Of a stretch of DNA of 40,802 nt, positions 30,104 to 39,124 are shown in pieces. Both the position numbers and the translations under genes were made by a program. The first letter of the stretch is position 1. Every line of letters starts with the position of its first letter. A model generated the notes under the pieces. That model searched no databases and had not been told where the DNA came from. It saw only the letters and a list, made by a program, of their open reading frames with translations. The stretch is from an uncultured Ruminococcus sp. Lineage in GTDB: Bacteria; Bacillota; Clostridia; Oscillospirales; Acutalibacteraceae. The stretch is from assembly GCA_902772895.1 (NCBI GenBank), contig CACYCN010000122.1, forward strand, positions 1 to 40,802, written 5' to 3'.

Positions 30104-30294
30104 CCCCGCTGGGGGCATGAGCCCCCAGACCTGCGTGTTCGCGCTCTCGCTCACTACGTTCGCTTGATAATTGAAAACCGTTAGTTTCATGCCGCGCCTC
30201 TGGATTGTGTGAGGGGTTGCTTTTGAAAAATCCTACATTATAATGTAAATATAAATAATTATAATAATTATATGTCAATAGGTAGTGGAATGAA

Positions 30295-30334
30295 AAACCG
30301 CTGCTGTCGGGAAGAAAAACGACAGCAGCGGTTT
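30295..30334. terminator. Stem-loop between convergent genes (queH side and HAD side)
   Basis: aaaccgctgctgtcg / cgacagcagcggttt, 15-bp perfect stem, followed by gtttta on the + strand. Confidence 0.8.
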
Positions 30335-30389
30335 GTTTTATATTGGGCAGAGAAAACTGCAGGTGCAGGGGATCATCCCCTGACGGGTT

Positions 30390-31055
30390 TCAGGGCAGCG
30401 CCCGGACAATAGAAGGGATATCGGTGGGAGTATGGGCGATGTAGGAAGCGCCTTCGGAAAGCAGTTCGGATTCTGTGCGGAACCCCCAGGTGACGCCGAT
30501 GGATAGGATACCGGCATTGCGGGCAGTTCGGATGTCAACGTTGCTGTCGCCGATGTAGATACATTCAGACGGGACAACGGACAGGGTGTTCAGGATCGTG
30601 CGGACACCGTCAGGCGCCGGCTTGCAGGGGATGCCGTCATGCTTGCCGAAGATCGAGGCAAAGGAAAAGGAAGGAAATAAGGATGTGACAATATGTTTGG
30701 TGAAATGATCCGGTTTATTGGAGTTGACGGCGCAGAGTATGCCGGCTTTGTCAAGATCGGACAGGACAGACGGGATCTCCGGATAGGGGACGGTGTGATC
30801 AAGACAATGGGCGGTATAGTAGGCGCTGAAATCGGAGAGGATCGCTTCTTTGACGGAAGGCGTATAGTGTTCGGCGGATGCCGCAACGGCACGGTCTGCT
30901 AATACGGAAATACCGTTGCCAACCATCTGACGATAACGTTCTGTCTCATGAGCGGGAAATCTGTTTTTCGTCAGGGCATGGTTCATGGCGCAGGCTAAAT
31001 CGTTCAGGGAATTGATCAGGGTACCGTCCAGATCAAAAATACAGAGCTTTATCAT
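30390..31055 (-). CDS. HAD-IA hydrolase, phosphoglycolate-phosphatase-like
   Basis: IFDLDGTLINS motif I, NSNK motif II, GDSNVD motif IV. Confidence 0.8.
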   Translation of the reverse strand: MIKLCIFDLDGTLINSLNDLACAMNHALTKNRFPAHETERYRQMVGNGISVLADRAVAASAEHYTPSVKEAILSDFSAYYTAHCLDHTVPYPEIPSVLSDLDKAGILCAVNSNKPDHFTKHIVTSLFPSFSFASIFGKHDGIPCKPAPDGVRTILNTLSVVPSECIYIGDSNVDIRTARNAGILSIGVTWGFRTESELLSEGASYIAHTPTDIPSIVRALP

Positions 31056-31056
31056 G

Positions 31057-32952
31057 TTATTGTTTCCTTTCGTTCTTCGGGACGGGTTTCGTTTTTTTGT
31101 TTGTTACCGCTAATTTATTGCCGCCGGGCAGTCCGGAGTCGGTATGACCGGCGCCCAGTCCGGTGACAGGGAGCTTACGGCTGCGGAATACGAATATCAG
31201 GGCAATCGTAATCAGAATGATCAGTGCGGAGACGAAACTGCAGAAGATGATATCGGAGATGTTCGGCGAAGTGACGCTGAATTCGACATCCAGATCGGAA
31301 CTGGATAATGTCATGTTCAAGAAGCCGTTTTCGTCTTTTTTCAGGTCGCTGTCAACGGTGACCGTTTTTTGCGTTTCGGTATCCTGATAGCTCAGACGAA
31401 AACTCTTGATGATATCGCCGCTCTGGGTAGTGATGATGTAATTGACGGGTGTGTCGATATTTTTTCCGACAATCAGTGTGCTGAAATCAACATGATCGGT
31501 AAACTGCTTTTTGGTGCGCAGACTCATGAATTGCGTTTCACTGCTGAATTTGATCAGGTTATGGGAGCCGAAAATCGAAGATATCTGTGAATTGATTTCT
31601 TCCGGCGTTCCGCTGAAAGTTACGGTACAGGTATTTTTACCGCCTTCAACGGATTGTACAGCGCCTTTATTGAGTTTATCGAAATAGGAAGTGGTATAAT
31701 CGGAGGCTTCATTGCCGCCGGTGGCGATATCGTATTTGAAAGTGATGGATTTCTGAAGTTTATTGGCGTCAAGGGGAGTGGCGGTGATATCAATGGAAGA
31801 AGCCGTATATTGTTTGCCGTCGTTGATGCGCAGCATGATAAAGGAATCGCTGCTGCGGATGGCGGCGACTTTTCCGTAACGGTTGGTATCGAGCAGATCG
31901 GTTGCGGCGATCCATTCGTCGTTCTGGAAGATCTGACATTCGCCGAGTTCGGTGGAGCCGTCAACGGAGTAGGTGTATTCCAACGGGACATTTGTGGCGC
32001 CATTGCTGATAAAATGGGAAAGATCAATACTTTCGGTAAAGGAATTCTGTTCTGCCAGAGCGGTGCTGCCGGTGGATTTATCGGCATAGGAAATGTCACC
32101 ATAAATGGTATCGAACAGACGATTGGTATAACCATGCAGTTCCTTGAGGGTGACATCATTGAATTTTACGGTATAATTATAGGCGTTGTTTTCCAGCAGC
32201 CAGCTGGCATTGGCCGTTTTATCGGTGAGACGGCTGAAGTAATCTTTGATGCTTTCAGAGTGGGAATCACTGCTTTTTTCAGAGACGGAATCATAGGTGC
32301 TCTGGGCAATGGTAAAGACAATGGTACGGTCATAACTGTTTTTCTGATTGACGGTGTTGATGGTGATTTTCTGAATGGGATAGCCGTCCAGACAGTTAAT
32401 GGAAATTTTCGGATCACTGGTTTTGACGTCGCTGTTCAGGGCAACCTGGGTGCTGGTTTCCTCGATGGTGAAGCTGATATCGGAAAATCCCTCTGTTCTG
32501 GCGCCTTCATTGATCCATTGCAGCAGGTCGCCGCTTTCGAAATTTTCCTCTAATTTCCAGCCGGTGGTCATAACGGTATCAGGATGGGAAAAACTGACGG
32601 TGGTTTGTTTACCGACCAGCTGTGTGGTGAGTTCTTTGTAGTTTTCGGCGGATTCAAACTGTAAAAGAAAACTGTAGTTGATTTTCCCGTCGGTAATATT
32701 CTTGACATAATTCATGGATTCCGGACAATATTTCTGGATCACCTTATCCAGATTGGCTTCCGTTTCGGTTCCGGTAGAGACAATGCTTTCGGGGAAGGTC
32801 AGAACGATCGTCCGGGAACCGCTGAAACTGTCATTGATGCTGAGTGTGGTGTGAATATCGGCGTGTTCGGTGGTAGAGTTATTACAGGATGGCAGGAACA
32901 ATAAGGCGACAATTGTTAGCAGAATTGCGGGGAGATAGTATTTTCGGGGCAT
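31057..32952 (-). CDS. Large hypothetical surface protein with an N-terminal lipobox and a C-terminal TM anchor
   Basis: LLFLPSC lipobox. About 560 aa of Ser/Thr/Asn-rich beta-type sequence. C-terminal TM IIFCSFVSALIILITIALIFVF followed by a basic tail. Its stop abuts the HAD gene start with a 1-nt gap. Confidence 0.6.
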   Translation of the reverse strand: MPRKYYLPAILLTIVALLFLPSCNNSTTEHADIHTTLSINDSFSGSRTIVLTFPESIVSTGTETEANLDKVIQKYCPESMNYVKNITDGKINYSFLLQFESAENYKELTTQLVGKQTTVSFSHPDTVMTTGWKLEENFESGDLLQWINEGARTEGFSDISFTIEETSTQVALNSDVKTSDPKISINCLDGYPIQKITINTVNQKNSYDRTIVFTIAQSTYDSVSEKSSDSHSESIKDYFSRLTDKTANASWLLENNAYNYTVKFNDVTLKELHGYTNRLFDTIYGDISYADKSTGSTALAEQNSFTESIDLSHFISNGATNVPLEYTYSVDGSTELGECQIFQNDEWIAATDLLDTNRYGKVAAIRSSDSFIMLRINDGKQYTASSIDITATPLDANKLQKSITFKYDIATGGNEASDYTTSYFDKLNKGAVQSVEGGKNTCTVTFSGTPEEINSQISSIFGSHNLIKFSSETQFMSLRTKKQFTDHVDFSTLIVGKNIDTPVNYIITTQSGDIIKSFRLSYQDTETQKTVTVDSDLKKDENGFLNMTLSSSDLDVEFSVTSPNISDIIFCSFVSALIILITIALIFVFRSRKLPVTGLGAGHTDSGLPGGNKLAVTNKKTKPVPKNERKQ

Positions 32953-32990
32953 TTTTCGTCACTTCCCTTTTCTTTTTCGCTATATCTTCT

Positions 32991-33019
32991 ATTTTACTCT
33001 TTTATCATTTTAATGTAAA
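32991..33019 (-). promoter_or_regulatory. Promoter TTTACA-17-TAAAAT (minus strand) for the 31057-32952 / HAD operon
   Basis: Complement of tgtaaa (33014-33019) and atttta (32991-32996), 17-nt spacer. Confidence 0.5.
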
Positions 33020-33241
33020 GGGTTTTCGGGAATGTTATGAAAAAGACTGCGCAAAGCGAAAAATGTGTAAAAATCAGATGATTCATACCCTTTTCAGATG
33101 AGTGACCCGAAGAATGTCGGAATTCGGGGGGAAAAGTGAAAATTTTGCTTATAGTGTTGAATAAACGCAGTTGTCCTTTGTCTGAAATGCACAAAAAATG
33201 GTGATTTTTCAATTTATATTTCCCAAAAAAATCATTATCCA

Positions 33242-33270
33242 TTGACATGAGTCGATTCGAGTGTTAAAAT
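33242..33270 (+). promoter_or_regulatory. Promoter TTGACA-17-TAAAAT for the pilus locus
   Basis: ttgaca at 33242-33247 and taaaat at 33265-33270. AAAGGAG RBS precedes the ATG at 33367. Confidence 0.55.
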
Positions 33271-33366
33271 AGCCATAGACATTATTTTTCGAACGAATTA
33301 TTTGTTGATTTTGCAAACGAATCAACTGCTGATATCACGAAACTAATTGCAAAAGGAGTTTTCAAT

Positions 33367-36300
33367 ATGATCAAATTATCACGAAAGAAGATCAATCGCT
33401 TCCTGGCCGTGCTGGTGGGTATCGCTCTTTTGATGACGAGCTTTTTGTCAATATATATCGTGAATCATAACCGGGTCCGGGCGGCAGATACGGTTACCGT
33501 CTATTTTGATACTTCCAATACGGGAACCGGTTCCGGCTACGGTTGGTCAAAATCGATGACACAAGTATACTATTATGCCTATAACAGCAGCGGTAACAAC
33601 GGCGGTCTGAAACCCATGACGTATGCGGAAGAAAGCGGCAAGGACGGCGGTAAACTGTTTTATGCTACGTTCGATAAGAAGTATACCGATATCATATTCT
33701 GTTCTGCGTCCTCCTTTCCCTCCGGTAATGACAAATTAAAGCAGACCTACCATCTTTCGGTACAAAATAACGGAATCTATATCCTGAACGGATCACAGTA
33801 TAATGACGGCAATATCAAGTATCAGAATATGTACCGCTATGGTATCTATGAGGAAAAGACGGAGACGGATTATGCCGGTCAGAAATATAAGCTCTGCAAT
33901 ATGACGGATACGGCAGTGGATCTGAAGCTGATCTATACCAACGGCACTGACTCGACTACCGCAAACGTGACGGTACTTGCCAGAGCTACCGGCGATGAAG
34001 TAACCATCCCCTCTGCCGGAGATAATAAAACACCTTACCAACAGGTAACGGTTCAGCGGGCAAATGGCAGTCAGGACCTGAAAACATATGTGTTCTCTGA
34101 AGGAAAAATCATTGGTCAGACGTTCTATTATGGTGTGACAGAGAATCTTCCGGAGAATACACTGGATTACGGCGATACAAAAACACTCTGCTATCGTGGT
34201 GATGACTTCACGTCAACTCCGGCGGTGAACAGCAAGAAACTGTATTTCAGCAAACAGCACTTTCAAGAAGGTTCAACTGTTTCTGTCATGATCGGCAGTA
34301 CCACGTATCCGACCAATGAGGTAACTTCGAAAGGTAATGCCTCGTATGTGACAACCACTGAGGTATCGGTTGCGGCAAATCAGATTTTTTCCGTCATCTA
34401 TAATGGCGTGACCTATAACCTGGTATGGAGCGATGCTTCGAAAAACCTGGTTACCATTACAGGTAATGTAGCCTATCTGAACAGCGTTTACACCGTACAA
34501 AGTACGGACAATATGTTTAATGGACAGAAGTATATTACCATTCAGGCAGACTTCTTCGATTATCAGTACGATAAGTTTCAATATCTGTATAACAACGGGA
34601 CACATAATTCACAGACCGGTTCTGCAAAAAGACCTTATGTGGCGGTCAATACAGCGCTGAGTAAGTCTTCTTACGGCAACACTTCCTATCCGTTGTATCT
34701 GGGTCAGTTCTGGCTACCACTTGTTAATGAAAGCGGTCAGAATTTCCCCACCAGCGACAAGGCTTATACCGCCGCAACTGCAGCAAATCAGCGTGTTGGT
34801 CACAACGGAGATAAGGACACTTACTGGATAGAGGGTGAACAGGACAGCGGCTATTACAAGAACTTTGGTTTCGGCGAAAAAATGAATAACTTCCATTGGG
34901 CAGCAAACCTGGCATACAGAACGTCGGATCAGGCTGCCGGTACTTACAGACCCTATGATGCTGTTGTGCAGGGACTGGTTCATGATACGCTTGCAGTGAA
35001 TGAGGATGGAAGTTATCATCTGATGGCAACGAGTACGGAGACATTTCCGTATTTTGATGCGTCCTGGTGGCAAGGGAACGTTTCCGCTACGATGAAATAT
35101 AGCAACTCGTGGTCACAGACACAAACCGTCAATAAGTCGGATTATCTGACGGAATACCAGCAGCTCCCCTTCCCATTCTTTGAGATTCAGGACAGTGATA
35201 TTTCCTTCCAGAACGGCTATAGCTCAGACTGTATGTTGTCAAACGAAAATGATAAGTATGAAGGAACCTACTATGTATTCGATTCCCATAAGTATTCCAT
35301 CTTTGTGGATAACAGCGGACTGGCAATTACCGGTAACAAAGGAGACCATCTGGTCTATGACAACTACGGTGACGGTAAATTCACGGATTCACAGCCCGGT
35401 TTCTTCCCGTTCAATACAACGGTTGATAATAATTCGGCAAGATTGCATTATGGCTTCGGCGTGCAGTATACGATGGATTTCTTCTATAACGAAAACGGTA
35501 CCCTGAATGGTGAACCGGACGGTATTCCGATTACCTTTACTTTCCAGGGCGACGATGACGTGTGGGTATTCGTGGATGATAAACTGGTGCTGGATATGGG
35601 CGGCGCTCATAAAAACGCTATCGGTGAAATCAACTTTAATACACAGTCCGTTTATATCGGTTCGGCAGAAAAGATCACAAACAGTAATAAGGACAATGTG
35701 ACGACCAATGATCCTAAGCCGTCTTATACCGCCAATTTCAGCAATCTTGGTGTCGGTAACATGAAAGTCGGTAAGCATAAGATCACCATGTATTATCTCG
35801 AAAGAGGTATGCTGAACTCCAACCTGTATGTCATGTTTAACCTGCCGCTGGCACTGACAACATGGGAACTGCAGGAAGATACGGATTTTGAAGGCGTTAA
35901 TGAAGGTTTCCTTGCCTCTACCAAGTTCGTTTCAGATAATGATATCTTTAACTACAGTGTATCCAATAAAGGTACAGAACAGAAGGGCGTAACCGGCAGC
36001 GGTTATAAGAGCCCCAGCTATGGTACTGTAGCCAGAAATAATAATGGTATCGACGGCGGAAATACGCGTCAGACTGCACTGAGTGAAGGTACGGTTCCCA
36101 CGCTTTCAACGATCACATCGACCCAAACCAAGCCGAATCGAATCTATCTTGATACCAGCAGCTTTACCGGTTGGGAAGGTGGCAATGCCAAGTATGGCGC
36201 CTTTATGAAGAATTCTTCCACAGGTAAGAGAATGTACGCTCCCGCTAAAAAAGACTTAGATAACAATAAATGGTATGTGGATTATTATGATGCCTATCCG

Positions 36301-39006
36301 GATAAAATCCAATGGATGAGAGCTAAACCTGACGGATATCTGGAGGATGTGGTTTATAAGATCGACGAAGACAAAATAACTACAAGCGGTACAGGCAAAA
36401 TATGGGGATTTATGACCATTTGGGATTGGGGTTCAGAACATAATATGCCGAATCTGACCCAGAAAAATACTATTAAAATAACAGATTGGAAAAATTCTGA
36501 AGTCAGCAGTACGCTGACATCTTATCAGAAGTCAGAAGTCAATTATGCGCAATACTATCATACCTATAATTTCAAACCGGATGCGGATGCGACGGTTGAA
36601 TCTCCGCTTGTCTCCGAAAACGGCGGTGTTACCTACCGTCTGACGGATATGTTCACGGGTCAAACAGTCAATTTTGACACCAGAGCTTTGGGCGGACAGG
36701 CAAATGTCGTTTCCCTGCAGCACGGTGAGTGGGCTACCTTCAGCAAACAGTTCAAGAAGGGCAGTATCATGAAGGTGACGCAGCTGGATAATTTGTCCGG
36801 ACCGAGCGGTGGTTCCCGTGTGAATACTTATAATGAAAGTACCGGAAGAACCGTTTCAACGTATTATAATACTTTCACCAGATCAAACGGTGACAATATA
36901 GGCTTGAACCAGTATTATGCCGGTATTTATGACGGTGATGATCTCCGTGACATCGATGCCAATTATGCCAAAACGATGTATGATTCTGTGGAAAACTACG
37001 GTTTGAGTTCCACGGTGAACCTGCAGACCACCAGTACTTCGGCAAGAACAAAGACTACCTCAACCTCTGCTAACGTAACCACAACGTATGCGTTTGTTGA
37101 CCCGTCTGAGGTTTCAAATGAGTATGCATATGTTCGTCAGGTTATTGTCAATCAGGTAAAGACCTATAGCCTGACAATCAACAAGTATATGGTTAATAAT
37201 GATCGGCCGGAGGATGAATTTGAATTCCATATTACCTTTGATACGATCTTCGGCAATACGGACGGCGATGACTTGCTTGATATCGCTAACATCAGTTATT
37301 CCAAGTATCAGTATGACAGTGAAAACAACGAATGGTTTGAGACAACCGGTTTGAAACTTGGAAAGGTCAATGACACTACCGGTTCGTTTAAGCTGAAGGC
37401 GAAAGACTATATCGTCATCTCCGGTATTCCTGTCGGAACCAAATACAGTATCACGGAAGAAAGCAGCGAGAAGTATACTTTGTATGATGATGCTTGCATA
37501 AATCTGAGCGGTACGATGAGCGAGGATATGGTAGCGACTGCCTATAATAAGATTAAGACAGGTAATGTCGAGATCACAAAGTACGTCTATGATGAAAACG
37601 ATGGTATCGATGACACTAACACCACCGAGGAATTTGATATTGAATTCAAGCTGACTTCGATTCCCGATGGCATTGATATCAAGCAATACGAGATCACTTA
37701 TAGCATTTCGGACGGCGCATTCGGAACCATTGCGGATGACGCGGATCATAACATCACGACACTGTCGGATCTGGCAAATAGGGATGCCATCACGTATACC
37801 CTGAAGAATCAGCAAACCCTGACGATTGCCGGTCTGCCGTATGGCTGTGAGTATGAGGTAAGAGAAGCCCAGAAGGACGATCAACACTACTATTGCAGTG
37901 TTGAACCCAAGCAGTATACTGTTGACGGCGAAACCGTTACAAGTGACAATACCATTAACGATCAGATAATCGGTGGCACAGAGGAACATCCGGAGTACGC
38001 CAAACCGCCGGTTGACAGGGTATGGGTTGAGAACTACCCGGTTATCCTGGATGTAGAAAAGGAAGTTGTCATCGAATCAGCAGAGGTGAATCAGGAGATT
38101 TACAATCAACTGGATTCCGATAAGGTGGCGAATCTGGAGTTCGAGCTGACACTGGCAGAAACCAGTTATGATGCCGATGTTTCAAGAGATGTTGATATCC
38201 CTGCGAGCAATAAGTCATACACCAACCATTCCGGTCCCAACAATGCAGAAGTGGCAGGTTCTACCGATGCCAACGGCAAGTTCACCATTAAGAATGATTA
38301 TAACTTGAATAAAACAAGGAAGACCGGTAAGCCGGAAATTGACACGTTCAGAAATCAGTTTGATTATCAAGAGGGTCAGGTCAAAATGCTGAAGCTGACC
38401 GAAAAAGAGGATACTGCGTTTACCACGACCATTTACAACTGGGATAATACGGCACAGGAAACGGTGTATCTCGTTAGTGAGAAGATGACCCTCACCCGGA
38501 ACTGCAGCTTCAAGGTTCAGAATAAACTCAAAACCGCTCCCCTTACGATCACCAAAACCCTCACGGCAGCTGCTGAGGAGGATGTGACATTCAAATTTGA
38601 TGTGACGCTGACGAATGTGGCAGGTCATGACCTTGGAACACCACAACCCATAGTAATTACTAAGAGTGTAACGGTTAAGGCTGGTTCAACGGAAGCAAGC
38701 TTAGAGATTGACAAAATTCCGGTCAACACAACCTACAGGATTGAGGAAGTGGATCTTCCGGAAGGATATGTTCAGGTGACACCGTCAGATGATCTGACCG
38801 GCACCATTACAGCCGATGGTATAACGGAAACCGTCGAAAACAAGAAACACGTTAAGGTTGATATGCCGGAAACCGGTGTGGCTGCCAAGGTGTTTGACTT
38901 TACTGTAATAGGTATTATTGTAATGTCGCTTGCCGGCGTTGCGGTACTTATATACAAGAAGAAACTAAAAAAAGCATCCGTAGATAAAGATGGAAAAGGG
39001 AGGTAA
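33367..39006 (+). CDS. Giant (1879 aa) sortase-anchored surface adhesin, likely pilus tip subunit, with a PA14/fibro-slime-type module and C-terminal SpaA/CnaB-like stalk domains
   Basis: Signal peptide. GFFPFN...ITFTFQGDDDVWVFVDDKLVLDMGGAHKNAIGEINF...MYYLERGMLNSNLYVMFNL matches the fibro-slime/PA14 signature. Repeated stalk motifs (GIPVGTKYSITEE, GLPYGCEYEVREA, KIPVNTTYRIEEVDLPEGY). C-terminal MPETG + hydrophobic helix + KKKLKK sorting signal. Confidence 0.8.
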   Translation: MIKLSRKKINRFLAVLVGIALLMTSFLSIYIVNHNRVRAADTVTVYFDTSNTGTGSGYGWSKSMTQVYYYAYNSSGNNGGLKPMTYAEESGKDGGKLFYATFDKKYTDIIFCSASSFPSGNDKLKQTYHLSVQNNGIYILNGSQYNDGNIKYQNMYRYGIYEEKTETDYAGQKYKLCNMTDTAVDLKLIYTNGTDSTTANVTVLARATGDEVTIPSAGDNKTPYQQVTVQRANGSQDLKTYVFSEGKIIGQTFYYGVTENLPENTLDYGDTKTLCYRGDDFTSTPAVNSKKLYFSKQHFQEGSTVSVMIGSTTYPTNEVTSKGNASYVTTTEVSVAANQIFSVIYNGVTYNLVWSDASKNLVTITGNVAYLNSVYTVQSTDNMFNGQKYITIQADFFDYQYDKFQYLYNNGTHNSQTGSAKRPYVAVNTALSKSSYGNTSYPLYLGQFWLPLVNESGQNFPTSDKAYTAATAANQRVGHNGDKDTYWIEGEQDSGYYKNFGFGEKMNNFHWAANLAYRTSDQAAGTYRPYDAVVQGLVHDTLAVNEDGSYHLMATSTETFPYFDASWWQGNVSATMKYSNSWSQTQTVNKSDYLTEYQQLPFPFFEIQDSDISFQNGYSSDCMLSNENDKYEGTYYVFDSHKYSIFVDNSGLAITGNKGDHLVYDNYGDGKFTDSQPGFFPFNTTVDNNSARLHYGFGVQYTMDFFYNENGTLNGEPDGIPITFTFQGDDDVWVFVDDKLVLDMGGAHKNAIGEINFNTQSVYIGSAEKITNSNKDNVTTNDPKPSYTANFSNLGVGNMKVGKHKITMYYLERGMLNSNLYVMFNLPLALTTWELQEDTDFEGVNEGFLASTKFVSDNDIFNYSVSNKGTEQKGVTGSGYKSPSYGTVARNNNGIDGGNTRQTALSEGTVPTLSTITSTQTKPNRIYLDTSSFTGWEGGNAKYGAFMKNSSTGKRMYAPAKKDLDNNKWYVDYYDAYPDKIQWMRAKPDGYLEDVVYKIDEDKITTSGTGKIWGFMTIWDWGSEHNMPNLTQKNTIKITDWKNSEVSSTLTSYQKSEVNYAQYYHTYNFKPDADATVESPLVSENGGVTYRLTDMFTGQTVNFDTRALGGQANVVSLQHGEWATFSKQFKKGSIMKVTQLDNLSGPSGGSRVNTYNESTGRTVSTYYNTFTRSNGDNIGLNQYYAGIYDGDDLRDIDANYAKTMYDSVENYGLSSTVNLQTTSTSARTKTTSTSANVTTTYAFVDPSEVSNEYAYVRQVIVNQVKTYSLTINKYMVNNDRPEDEFEFHITFDTIFGNTDGDDLLDIANISYSKYQYDSENNEWFETTGLKLGKVNDTTGSFKLKAKDYIVISGIPVGTKYSITEESSEKYTLYDDACINLSGTMSEDMVATAYNKIKTGNVEITKYVYDENDGIDDTNTTEEFDIEFKLTSIPDGIDIKQYEITYSISDGAFGTIADDADHNITTLSDLANRDAITYTLKNQQTLTIAGLPYGCEYEVREAQKDDQHYYCSVEPKQYTVDGETVTSDNTINDQIIGGTEEHPEYAKPPVDRVWVENYPVILDVEKEVVIESAEVNQEIYNQLDSDKVANLEFELTLAETSYDADVSRDVDIPASNKSYTNHSGPNNAEVAGSTDANGKFTIKNDYNLNKTRKTGKPEIDTFRNQFDYQEGQVKMLKLTEKEDTAFTTTIYNWDNTAQETVYLVSEKMTLTRNCSFKVQNKLKTAPLTITKTLTAAAEEDVTFKFDVTLTNVAGHDLGTPQPIVITKSVTVKAGSTEASLEIDKIPVNTTYRIEEVDLPEGYVQVTPSDDLTGTITADGITETVENKKHVKVDMPETGVAAKVFDFTVIGIIVMSLAGVAVLIYKKKLKKASVDKDGKGR
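35270..35850 (+). other. PA14 / fibro-slime-like domain within the adhesin (approximate borders)
   Basis: GDDDVWVF...LDMGGAH core at about 35540-35610. GFFPFN at 35398-35415. Confidence 0.65.
38863..38877 (+). other. Sortase recognition pentapeptide MPETG of the adhesin
   Basis: atg ccg gaa acc ggt, in frame, followed by a hydrophobic helix and a basic tail. Confidence 0.7.
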
Positions 39007-39124
39007 GAAAACAGAAATCAAATCATGATCTGGTAACAATATGGCAGTCCGATAGTCGTGAGGATCGCCTGCCATATTTACACCGACCCTCACGACATCA
39101 TATTTAATTTGGAGGTATTAACTC

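Noticed and set aside
39101-39106. Internal promoter (TTTACA-18-TATTTA) for the pilin gene in the adhesin-pilin spacer
   Set aside because: The putative -10 ends only about 5 nt before the GGAGG RBS, so a transcript started there would lack the RBS. The hexamers are also weak.
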